Source: an uncultured Bifidobacterium sp. (GTDB lineage: Bacteria; Actinomycetota; Actinomycetes; Actinomycetales; Bifidobacteriaceae). From it: a DNA stretch of 62,362 bases. The position numbers were made by a program, and so were the translations under genes. The stretch covers positions 1 through 62,362 of the forward strand of contig CALNAE010000212.1 of assembly GCA_937874315.1 (NCBI GenBank), written 5' to 3'. Shown piece by piece: positions 48,604 to 57,864 of this stretch. The notes beneath the pieces were generated by a model. The model was not told the DNA's origin. It saw only the letters and a program-made list of their open reading frames with translations, and ran no database searches. The stretch's first letter is position 1; every line of letters begins with the position of its first letter.

Positions 48604-49608
48604 TTAGATTTCCCGCATCACCAGTGCCAGCAGCCTTCCCTCATGCGCCTTGTTGGCCTGAGCGGCGCGGCGATGCGAGTACCACAAGGGGTTCTCGAAC
48701 GTACACATCGGGTGGTGCATCTTAGCCAGTCGCTGCGAGAGTTGGGGCGTGTCCTCGTCATCCCTGCGGCACAACCGCGCCAGCTCCTCGTCCTCGGACA
48801 GATACTGCGTGGCCGCGGTGACGCGAGGCCGGGAATCGATGACGTTGTCACGCGGGATACCGGCCTTCATAAGGCACTGCACGGCTGCACCGGCGATGTC
48901 GATGCCGGGGCCGGAAAATCTGGTCACCGTGAACGTTCCCGGGAACTGGGCGTCGAAATCATCGGCGATCTTGCTGCCTACCTCATAGCAATCACCGCAG
49001 ATGCGCGGTCCGAGCGTCGCCGTGATGTTGACCGGCTCGCTGCCTTTGGTCACCATCGCGGCGACCGTGGCTTCGAGCACGCCGCGTTGCAGGCCACGAC
49101 GCCCGCAGTGGGCCGCCGCTATGATGCCGGTTTCGGCATCCGCCAACAGCACCGGCAGACAGTCCGCCGCGAACATTCCCAGCGCGACATGAGGGCGCGC
49201 GATGATTTCGGCATCCGCCCGGTAGGCCTCGGCCTGCCCCGATCCCGACAGATCGCAACCGAAGGGGGCGTTGGGAGTGAACAGATCATCCATATCCGCC
49301 ACCACCGCCGAATGCACCTGGCTGACCAATGACAGATCGGCGCGTATCGCCTGCGACACAGCTATGCGATTGCGCATCGTAAGATCGGGATCCTCTTCGC
49401 CTTTTCCGCCGAGATTGCAGTATGACCAATCGGCGACGCTCACACCACCCAGTCGTGTCGTATAGACGACCTTGACGCCGGGAGCCAACTCGATGGGGAT
49501 GGTCACGGGAATCGGGTTTCCATCGCGATCGGTCGGCGACATCGCGCTGCTGTCGATGATGGAATCATTCGAGCGCCCGCTTGCGTACTCTTCGTCATAT
49601 TTACTCAT
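48604..49608 (-). CDS. YfiH/PgeF (LACC1-like) family protein
   Basis: TTRLGGVS, QVHS, AADCLPVL, AHCGRRG, GPRICGDCYEVG and CT......YSHRR. Confidence 0.9.
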   Translation of the reverse strand: MSKYDEEYASGRSNDSIIDSSAMSPTDRDGNPIPVTIPIELAPGVKVVYTTRLGGVSVADWSYCNLGGKGEEDPDLTMRNRIAVSQAIRADLSLVSQVHSAVVADMDDLFTPNAPFGCDLSGSGQAEAYRADAEIIARPHVALGMFAADCLPVLLADAETGIIAAAHCGRRGLQRGVLEATVAAMVTKGSEPVNITATLGPRICGDCYEVGSKIADDFDAQFPGTFTVTRFSGPGIDIAGAAVQCLMKAGIPRDNVIDSRPRVTAATQYLSEDEELARLCRRDDEDTPQLSQRLAKMHHPMCTFENPLWYSHRRAAQANKAHEGRLLALVMREI

Positions 49609-49635
49609 GTCGCCATCATGCCTCGTCGCCGCGAT

Positions 49636-51075
49636 CTATTTCGCTTTAAGCGTCGCATGCTTGGCACGCGCGCGAATCACGGTGTTCGCGGGCACCGACT
49701 CGTGAAATGGCATGGAGAAGACATGCGCCGGATTATTGATGGCCTTCACCGCCGTGCCGTCGGCGTTTTCCAATCCGGTTTCCGGCACGGTGTAGACGAT
49801 CGGCGGTCGATGAGGGGCCAGCAACTCGACCTGTTGGCCTGGTTCGATCTTGTTGCGTCCGACCAGCCAAAGCCGATGGGTCACGGGATCGTACCGCTGC
49901 GTCTCCCCCACGATCAGCCAATCGCGGAAGTATCCTCCCCGATCATGATTTTCGCCGACGCGACGCTCGGGATAATAGAAACCCGTCGAATAATCACGAT
50001 GCGCCACCTTGTACGGTTCTTCGAGCAGCCAATCCGCGAGTCGGACATGAGATGCCGGCATGTCGGTGCGTATCGTGTCAGCACCCAGCAACGGCGCGGA
50101 TCCATGCGGCGTGCGGCGCACGTGGTCAGTGAAAGCCCTGAGCGTGCGGCCACTGCGATCCCTGAAGCCCCGCTGAACCATGTACTCATTCACGGCGCAG
50201 GAGTAAGCGTTCGCCATGGCGGACGTGTAGTAGGCGCTTTTCGCCCGGCCCTCGATCTTGAGACTGCTGGCCCCCGCATCGATCAAATCGTCGACATGGG
50301 CGAGCATGTTCATGTCCTGGGAATTGAAGAGGAACGTCCCCTCGCCGTTCTGCTCCACCGGGAAATACTGTCCGGGACGCTTCTGCTCCACGACGCTGTA
50401 TCGCCAGCGGCACGGCTGCGCGCATTCGCCGTGGTTGGCATCCCGCCCGGTCAAATAGTTTGAGATCAGGCATCGTCCGGAAAACGCCATGCACATCGAG
50501 CCATGAACGAAACACTCGATATCCATGTCCTGCGGAATATTCGCGCGAATGTCACGCACGGCCTGCAGATCGAGTTCGCGCGCCAGCACCACGCGGCGGG
50601 CGCCCAACTCGTATAAGGCGTTGGCCGCCAAATAGTTGGTGACGCCCGCCTGCGTGGAAACATGAATCTCCAGATTCGGTGCGATGCGTCGGGCCTGCAT
50701 GAGCACGCCGATATCGGTGACGATCAAAGCGTCCACGCCGGTGTCACGCAACGAGCCGATATAGGTCCGCAGGTCCTCCACCTCGTCGTTATGGGGCAGG
50801 ATATTGCACGTCACATAGACGCGAGCGCCATGCCGATGGGCGTAACGTGCGCCCTCCTCGAAATCCTGCAGCGACAGATTCCTCGGCGCCGATCGCATAC
50901 CGAACGCCTTGCCGCCGCAATACACCGCATCGGCGCCGAAATCCACCGCTGCCTCGAGCCCACGTAAATCTCCGGCGGGGGCCAGCACCTCCGGACCGCG
51001 GCGAAGAGAATGCTCACCACGGTCGATGTCGGCTGACGCCGCACGCTGCGAGTGGGATCGATCGACGTATTCCAT
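49636..51075 (-). CDS. U32-family protein (TrhP/YegQ-like Fe-S hydroxylation factor)
   Basis: PEVLAPAG, GADAVYCG, HVSTQ, FVHGSMCMAFSGRCLIS, GECAQPCRW and SLKIEGRAK. Confidence 0.9.
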   Translation of the reverse strand: MEYVDRSHSQRAASADIDRGEHSLRRGPEVLAPAGDLRGLEAAVDFGADAVYCGGKAFGMRSAPRNLSLQDFEEGARYAHRHGARVYVTCNILPHNDEVEDLRTYIGSLRDTGVDALIVTDIGVLMQARRIAPNLEIHVSTQAGVTNYLAANALYELGARRVVLARELDLQAVRDIRANIPQDMDIECFVHGSMCMAFSGRCLISNYLTGRDANHGECAQPCRWRYSVVEQKRPGQYFPVEQNGEGTFLFNSQDMNMLAHVDDLIDAGASSLKIEGRAKSAYYTSAMANAYSCAVNEYMVQRGFRDRSGRTLRAFTDHVRRTPHGSAPLLGADTIRTDMPASHVRLADWLLEEPYKVAHRDYSTGFYYPERRVGENHDRGGYFRDWLIVGETQRYDPVTHRLWLVGRNKIEPGQQVELLAPHRPPIVYTVPETGLENADGTAVKAINNPAHVFSMPFHESVPANTVIRARAKHATLKAK

Positions 51076-51079
51076 GGCG

Positions 51080-51946
51080 TCAGTCGCCAAGTCGGCTCAG
51101 CTGCGTTTCACTGAGTTCGAGCTGCCCGGCCTTCAGACTGTCGAGAATGGTGGCGGGGCGATGCGCACCGGGAATGACGAACACATGCTCGCCGAGCGAC
51201 AGTTCCCACGCGAGGACGACCTGCTGATAGCTCACCCCAAGCTCGGCGGCCACATCGCGGAAAGCATCGAACCGATGTTCGTCCTTGACCTTGCGATACC
51301 CGCCAAGCGGACTCCAACATACGAATGCAAGACCGAGCCGGGCCGTGTACGCCAACGTGTCGGCGCTGTCGCGATACACGGGTGAGTATTGATTCTGCAC
51401 GGCGATCAGACGATTCCCGAGAATCGAGCGGGCGATATCGATCTGTTCGATGGAGGCATTGGATATGCCAGCGGTACGTGCGACGCCGGCATCGAGCAAC
51501 TGACGGATGGCCTCGATCGATTCGGCATAGGGCACCTTGGGGTCGGGGCGATGAAAATACAGCAGGTCGATCGAATCGACGCCGAGCGCCTGTGCGGATT
51601 GTTTGGCGTCGTGGATCAGCCGTTCTGGCCGCCCATCGACATCCCACGTGGGAACGCCGTTGGTGAAGTTGCGGAAATGACCGACCTTCGTGGCCACGGT
51701 GATCTCATCGCGCGGCCCCTTCCACGTCTCCAAGGCGGCGCGGACGAGCTTCTCACCGGTCTGTTCCTCGCCACCGGAGCAGTAGTAGGCCCACGCCGTG
51801 TCGATGTGCCGGCAACCGGCGTCAAGCGCCGCGTGAATGGTGTCAATACCGGTGTCCTTGCCGAGATTATCTTCCAGTGTCAGCGGCATCTCCCCCAAAC
51901 CGACGGCTGTGGTATCGATGGGACCGAGAGAACGATGCAATATCAT
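51080..51946 (-). CDS. Aldo/keto reductase
   Basis: IDTAWAY, VATKVG, IDLLYFHRPD, GISN, VQNQYS, WSPLGG and VIPG. Confidence 0.92.
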   Translation of the reverse strand: MILHRSLGPIDTTAVGLGEMPLTLEDNLGKDTGIDTIHAALDAGCRHIDTAWAYYCSGGEEQTGEKLVRAALETWKGPRDEITVATKVGHFRNFTNGVPTWDVDGRPERLIHDAKQSAQALGVDSIDLLYFHRPDPKVPYAESIEAIRQLLDAGVARTAGISNASIEQIDIARSILGNRLIAVQNQYSPVYRDSADTLAYTARLGLAFVCWSPLGGYRKVKDEHRFDAFRDVAAELGVSYQQVVLAWELSLGEHVFVIPGAHRPATILDSLKAGQLELSETQLSRLGD

Positions 51947-52294
51947 GAAGAGCGCTCCTTGCACAAATACGAAACCCCCATGGCCCGCAATGCCATGGTC
52001 AGTAAGGCCATACTACGACGAATCCACCATAATATAACCATTACCGTAGCCACCGCCGACTCTTCGTGTTGTGGTGTGCGCGGGTTTGCGCACAATCCTC
52101 CGGCGCGGGCAAGGCCGCGGGCGATGAGGGTGTTGGGGGCGACAGACGGTCGAAGACCATCGAAAGCACCTGAAGAAAAAAAAGAAAACCACGCACGTAT
52201 CATGGACGACGAGTGACAAAAACCACCGGAATCGCCCGTAAAAGAGGGAATCCGAAGCTTCGCTGACGACGAATGACGCGACCTCATCCGCCTT

Positions 52295-54496
52295 CTATCG
52301 ACCGCCGAAAGAGCCTCCGCCGGAGCCACCGGACATGCCGCCGAAGCCACCGCCCGAAAACATGCCAGAACCCGAACCGGATGAGGAGGATGGGGAGGCC
52401 AACTGGATGGTATGGCTCAAATCGGCGAAACTGGAGCTGAGCTGTGCACCGATATCCCCGACATTCGCGCTCAACGATCCGGACGCGGCCGCCTGTGCTG
52501 CATCCGAGATCACGCCATCGCCCGCGAAAGCCGGAGATGCCCATAGATACGGTCGATACAGCCAGTACATCAGCGACGTGCCGGCGTAGGCGTCAAGCCA
52601 CTGCGGATCGGCGAGATGTGGGTTCATCTTCGCCATCTGGCGCAGCACGGTACCGGAGATGCCGAAGGCGACGGCATAGACCAGATAACGGTCCCAGAGC
52701 ACCAGGTCGTCGACATCACGCTCGGAAAAATCGCTGAACTGCTCGAGATACCGTTGCAGGCCCACCACCTGCCCGGCCAGCACCTGACCGCGTGCACTGA
52801 GAGACACGCTTCTGGCGGCCGCCAGAACCACACACGAGCCGAAGCACAACGGTCCGGCGACGAGCAATGCCAAGGCAAGCTGCCCGGAGACCGCAACCGT
52901 CACAGCACAGAGCGCCGCGAGCGCCAGCCCGCAGCCGCCGGACACGCGGGCCCATATTCCCGTGGAACTGGTGGCGCCCAACGCGGCAAATTCGTTATCC
53001 ACCGCGGCCTGATACCGTCCTTGGACCTTCACACCCTCCTGCCAGCCGGAGAACGACCGCTGCATGCCCTTGAGATCGAACACCGGGGAATTGAGCCGTT
53101 GGGACGCAGCCTCCAGCAACTGCAACGCGCCCTCCTCGCTTTCGCTCAGCCGCAGCATCCCACGGTTATTGCGCGCGACCGGAAGAATCGCCACCGTATT
53201 CGTCGACGCTCGCTTGCGACGCGGATCCAATCGTTGTCGCATAACCGCCGAGACCTCCTGCGCCGGCATATTCATCACATCAAGCCCCTGATAGTCCTCG
53301 ACCGCACCGGGCAGCATGGCGATGGCGTGCTTTGAAGCCAACGACATGACCGTGGCCGCCAGCTGCCGGGATGCAAGCCGCTTGGCGGGCACCGGCTGCA
53401 TGATCGCCAGTAGCGCCGCCGCGCTCGCCGGACTCATCTCCGGCGGATCCCGCCAATACTCGACGTCCCCGCGATATTGCGCGTCACGATTGCTCCGTAT
53501 CGCGGCGGCGAGACCCAAGCACACGAGTGCGAGACCCAGCACACCGGCGATGATGGCCGTTATCAGCACGCGCCGCGCGCGAGCCCGCTGGCTGTCTTGC
53601 CATGCCCGCTCCTGCGCGGCCTCATCGCGCATGATGCGGGTCTTGGCATCGCCCGCCACCGAACGGGTTATGCCCTTCGTCGCCGCGACATCGAATATGG
53701 TGACCAGATCGAGATACTGACCGTTCCGCACATCCGATGCGGTGGCATGCAGAGTTCCATCCGAATCGCGCGATGTGGTCGAGCGACCGGAAAAATGCAG
53801 CCATGCCCAGGAATTCGAAGCGGTGACTCCCTTGGGGAAATGCACGCTGGCGCTGAGTTCGCCGATGGGGATCTGATTCGACGCGCCGACCGGTTCCCAT
53901 TGGATGCTGGCCACGTCGTCATAGGCCGTGGCCGTTCCCGTGAAGGTCATGGCCACATCGAAGCGCATGTGATCGGCCTTCGTCGTCGCCGGGATGTTCC
54001 AGCCGACCTCGATCGTTCGGTTCCCGGAGTCCAGGCTCTTGGCCGTCTCCTGCGCATCATACGGCAGCGGGGAATCCGCGCCGTCGGTCACATCGGAAAC
54101 GTACCAGTGGTTGGCGTACTGCGCGTCCCACTGCGCCGAATCGACCGAGGACGGCGATTGAGGGGCAATCTGTTGATACTGCCTCCCCGTGTCTCGATCG
54201 GTCACGCTCACGTTCGTGATGGACGTGAGATTCTTCGCCTTCAGCGTGTATTGCTGATACAGCTGCTTCCACGGTCTTCTCGTATCACCATCGCCGCGGT
54301 CCTTAAGGCGCATATCGATATGCTGCACAACGGTCATGTCGCCATTGGCGGCGATGTGGACATCGTAGTCGAGCGTGCGGTAGGTGAGATCGGCGGCGGA
54401 ACCCGACGATGTCATCGCCACCACCAGCGCCGTCATCGCCACCACCGTCACGACGGCGGCTATGAGGATCGAGCGTAGCCAACGACGCAGCGTCAT
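52295..54496 (-). CDS. DUF2207-domain membrane protein
   Basis: Signal/TM segment, large extracytoplasmic beta domain, PPEMSPA, WDRYLVYAVAFG and a Gly/Ser tail SGGGFGG..GGSGGGSFG. Confidence 0.88.
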   Translation of the reverse strand: MTLRRWLRSILIAAVVTVVAMTALVVAMTSSGSAADLTYRTLDYDVHIAANGDMTVVQHIDMRLKDRGDGDTRRPWKQLYQQYTLKAKNLTSITNVSVTDRDTGRQYQQIAPQSPSSVDSAQWDAQYANHWYVSDVTDGADSPLPYDAQETAKSLDSGNRTIEVGWNIPATTKADHMRFDVAMTFTGTATAYDDVASIQWEPVGASNQIPIGELSASVHFPKGVTASNSWAWLHFSGRSTTSRDSDGTLHATASDVRNGQYLDLVTIFDVAATKGITRSVAGDAKTRIMRDEAAQERAWQDSQRARARRVLITAIIAGVLGLALVCLGLAAAIRSNRDAQYRGDVEYWRDPPEMSPASAAALLAIMQPVPAKRLASRQLAATVMSLASKHAIAMLPGAVEDYQGLDVMNMPAQEVSAVMRQRLDPRRKRASTNTVAILPVARNNRGMLRLSESEEGALQLLEAASQRLNSPVFDLKGMQRSFSGWQEGVKVQGRYQAAVDNEFAALGATSSTGIWARVSGGCGLALAALCAVTVAVSGQLALALLVAGPLCFGSCVVLAAARSVSLSARGQVLAGQVVGLQRYLEQFSDFSERDVDDLVLWDRYLVYAVAFGISGTVLRQMAKMNPHLADPQWLDAYAGTSLMYWLYRPYLWASPAFAGDGVISDAAQAAASGSLSANVGDIGAQLSSSFADLSHTIQLASPSSSSGSGSGMFSGGGFGGMSGGSGGGSFGGR

Positions 54497-54612
54497 GGCA
54501 TCTCCATTCTTTCGTATCGTTCGACGACCGGTTCAAGCATACGGGACGCGCCCGGCACCGGATTCGCGCGCACGCCGGCACTCCGCCGGATTCGTCTCGT
54601 CCCTGTGAGGAC

Positions 54613-55188
54613 TCAGAACTTGACCTGCGGCACCTGTCGATCGGAGTCGTCGGTCTGGAAGTACTGCGCCTGCGTGAAGTGGAACAGCCCCGCGACGATG
54701 TTGCTGGGAACGGTTTCGATCAGGGTGTTGAACTTGAGCACAACATCGTTGTAGAACTGCCGAGCATAGGCGATCTTCTGCTCAAGCTGGGCGAGTTGGC
54801 GCTGCAGATCCATGAAGTTCTGATTCGCCTGCAGCTGCGGATAGGACTCTGCCGTCGCCCTGAGATTCACCAGGGAGCGAGACAACTCATTCTCGACCTG
54901 AGCCCGCTGGGCGGTGGTGGCATTCGGGTCCGCGGACACCGCCACGACATTCGCACGGGCTTTGGTCACCTCGGTGAACACCGTGGATTCATGGGCGGCA
55001 TAGCCCTTGACGGTTTCCACCAGGTTGGGGATCAGATCGGCTCGCTGCTTGAGCTGCACGTCGATCTGGGCCCAGCCGTTGCCCACGCGATTGCGCAGCG
55101 TTATCAGCTTGTTATAGACGCCCATGGCCCACAGCACCAAGATAATGACCACGGCGACGATGACGATGAGGGCGATGATGGCTCCCAT
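54613..55188 (-). CDS. lemA: LemA family protein
   Basis: N-terminal [40 protein letters not shown] and ARQFYND. Confidence 0.95.
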   Translation of the reverse strand: MGAIIALIVIVAVVIILVLWAMGVYNKLITLRNRVGNGWAQIDVQLKQRADLIPNLVETVKGYAAHESTVFTEVTKARANVVAVSADPNATTAQRAQVENELSRSLVNLRATAESYPQLQANQNFMDLQRQLAQLEQKIAYARQFYNDVVLKFNTLIETVPSNIVAGLFHFTQAQYFQTDDSDRQVPQVKF

Positions 55189-55303
55189 GATTTCCTCCCT
55201 ATTTCAGGCCCGCTTCGGGCATGAATGCTATATATCGATATCTCGATTGTCTCAAGTGGTAGGGATAGCGGGATATGACGCTGAAACCATGTACCATGGA
55301 CAT

Positions 55304-55990
55304 ATGAGCGAATCGGCCATAACCCCGAGCAAATCCATCCGTGTTGGCGTCTTGGACAATGACTGCTGCGCATTGGAATGCGAGGTGGCGCTGCTGCAAC
55401 GATTGGCTCGTCAAGACCAGATGGATCTCGACGTGTGGTCGACGGACAACCCCGCACGGGCCATACAGGAATGCCGTTTCGGAGCGAAACGCACCAACGT
55501 CATGATCATCGACGTCGCACTCAATGGCATCACCGGAGCCCAGGTCGCCGTTGAGCTGCGTCGCCAGGAATCAGGCATCGGCATCATCGGCATCACGTCC
55601 TACCAACCACAGATCTACGAACGATGCATGCGAGATTCGGGAGCACAGGCGCTACTCGATAAAAGCACCCTACGGCAGACGCTTTCGGATGCCATCGGGA
55701 TGGTGGCACAAGGGCTGCCCTATCCCGATGGAGCCGTGTTCGTGCCCGTTCGTCAGGCCTGTGCCGCGATGGACAGGCACGTAAACGCGGAGAATAACGC
55801 GAATCTGACGCAGACGGAACGACAGATCCTCGCCTTAAGCCTCACCCCGCTCAGCACGAAGGAGATAGCATCGACCCTGCACGTCACCGTCGACACGGTT
55901 TTTTCCCACCGTCGCAATATCAAAAACAAGATGCGATCCAATACCTGGCACGACGTGATGGACTATTGCCGCACGATGCACATCGCTTGA
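55304..55990 (+). CDS. NarL/LuxR-family response regulator
   Basis: Receiver domain (VLDND, IIDVAL, ITSY, LLDKS) plus HTH LTQTERQIL...STKEIASTLHVTVDTVFSHRRNI. Confidence 0.88.
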   Translation: MSESAITPSKSIRVGVLDNDCCALECEVALLQRLARQDQMDLDVWSTDNPARAIQECRFGAKRTNVMIIDVALNGITGAQVAVELRRQESGIGIIGITSYQPQIYERCMRDSGAQALLDKSTLRQTLSDAIGMVAQGLPYPDGAVFVPVRQACAAMDRHVNAENNANLTQTERQILALSLTPLSTKEIASTLHVTVDTVFSHRRNIKNKMRSNTWHDVMDYCRTMHIA

Positions 55991-56080
55991 CGGTGCGTGC
56001 CGCGCCCACAGACGCGTCTCCACCTTCGAACACGACAGACACATACCAAGCACACAACTGACAATACGAGACACAACACA

Positions 56081-57289
56081 ATGACCCTCAACATCCATGC
56101 CCGCTACCACGCCGACGACAACCGGCGTCAGCGCAGATCCAGATTCTTCCGATATCCATATATCGCTTTGATCACCGCGATAGCGGGCGCGTTCACCACT
56201 GTCGAGGGCGTCTCCTGGCTGGTCGCGTCCCCACTGAGTTGGCAGTCGACGACCCTGTTCGTATTCCGGACGGCGTCATTGATCTGGTTCGCGTTCGACC
56301 CGAGATTGGGCGCGTACGCTGTGGTTCTCGCCCAATGCGTCGATTTCGTCGTGCCGCAGACCACCCCCGTGAGCATGATGTTCACCGCCCTGCTCATCGT
56401 GGGGGCATCGGCTTATCTGAGTATCTGGCGGGCCGCGGTGCTGGCCGGTTTGCTGGTCTGCGGCTCAGCGCTGAACATGGTGCTGCTGCCGACCGCGTTC
56501 ATGAGCGGGGGCGGAATGATATCGTACGCGCTGCTGACTCTGATCTCGATGCTCGTCGGTGTGCTGACACGCAAGGGCCTGCATCGTCAGGAGCAGAAGA
56601 TCCTGAACATCTCCGCCCTGTCGAACAACACCATCGCCCAGCATCTACACGATTACACCACCAACGACATGAACGATATCATCATGCTTTCGGATGCCAT
56701 CATGGACACCCCCTCCGCGACGGACCACGCGGAATCCATCCATCGCATTCGGGAGATTGCTGCCAACGCCCTGACGCAGACGCGCACGGCCATCAGTTCC
56801 CTGGAACAGGCGAGAACGCCGATCGCCCCCGTCCCCAGGCTCGAATGCGCCGGCCAACCACCGTCGAATCTTCAAGAGCGGGTCTCCGATCTGCTGGACG
56901 AGCAGCAGGAGCTCTTGGAATCGTTGGGCTTCACGGGAACCGTCATCATGCCCAGCCCGTTGCCGGCCTCCCATGATGCCGACGGCCGTCTGCTCCTCGG
57001 ACTGCTCCGCGAATTATTCGGCAACATCGCGCATCATGCCGCGCCGCGCCAAGGCTATACTCTCGCGATCTGCTGCGACGAGCGGTGTTGCGACATCAGT
57101 CTCGCCGACACACCGGTCACGGTGCAGACGACGAGCATCCGACAGAAAGCCAAGAACGGTGATCTGCCGAAGGGAATGTGTTCTGGGCTACGCCGCTATG
57201 AACGTGCCATAGCCGAGCGGCATGGGGAATGGGAGATAACGGCAAAGCCCGACAGTTGGTCTTTGCACGCCACGATCATCTGGAGCTGA
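56081..57289 (+). CDS. Membrane sensor histidine kinase, divergent HisKA_3 type
   Basis: Five to six TM segments, H-box IAQHLHD, N-box RELFGNIAHHA and G2-like GMCSGL. Confidence 0.72.
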   Translation: MTLNIHARYHADDNRRQRRSRFFRYPYIALITAIAGAFTTVEGVSWLVASPLSWQSTTLFVFRTASLIWFAFDPRLGAYAVVLAQCVDFVVPQTTPVSMMFTALLIVGASAYLSIWRAAVLAGLLVCGSALNMVLLPTAFMSGGGMISYALLTLISMLVGVLTRKGLHRQEQKILNISALSNNTIAQHLHDYTTNDMNDIIMLSDAIMDTPSATDHAESIHRIREIAANALTQTRTAISSLEQARTPIAPVPRLECAGQPPSNLQERVSDLLDEQQELLESLGFTGTVIMPSPLPASHDADGRLLLGLLRELFGNIAHHAAPRQGYTLAICCDERCCDISLADTPVTVQTTSIRQKAKNGDLPKGMCSGLRRYERAIAERHGEWEITAKPDSWSLHATIIWS

Positions 57290-57767
57290 TGCACAGGGAT
57301 GCATCAGGAGGTATCAGGATGCATCCGGAACGGCAGGCCTCGACGCCCACGTCCGTCTGCCCGTAACGGCATGGCACCTGCGCCGCACGGCACGACGTCC
57401 CATACCTCACCCTATGCTCCGCCGCACGCCCACTGCAGCCAGACCGGACACCCCGGATTGGGTGAAACCGCGACCACCGCGGGGGTCTGGAGCACAACGG
57501 CCGACCGAACGCCCTGCGATGGCGCCGCGTCGCATACCGACGGGATCAGTACCATGACCACGCCAAGCATGGAGGAGCATCCTCGACACCATCGACCCAT
57601 CGGGACCGCCCCTCTCATCAGTTCGAACCGGCATTGGTTCCTTATTCGCAACCCGCCAACCAGCACCAGTGTCAGTGATAGCGGACCAACCGGCGGCCGA
57701 TAACTCCGTCTGCAGGAACCTGCATGCGTTTCTGTGGGGTAGATCACATCTCGGCAGCCACATACAC

Positions 57768-57812
57768 CAACAGGCTGGGGCACATCATTGCCTGATGTGC
57801 CCCAGCCTGTTG
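57768..57812. terminator. Terminator hairpin after pnp
   Basis: 20-bp perfect inverted repeat caacaggctggggcacatca/tgatgtgccccagcctgttg. Confidence 0.85.
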
Positions 57813-57864
57813 AAACCCCTACGGTACGCGTCAGGCGTATCGCGTCAATCCACGTCTTTCGAGA

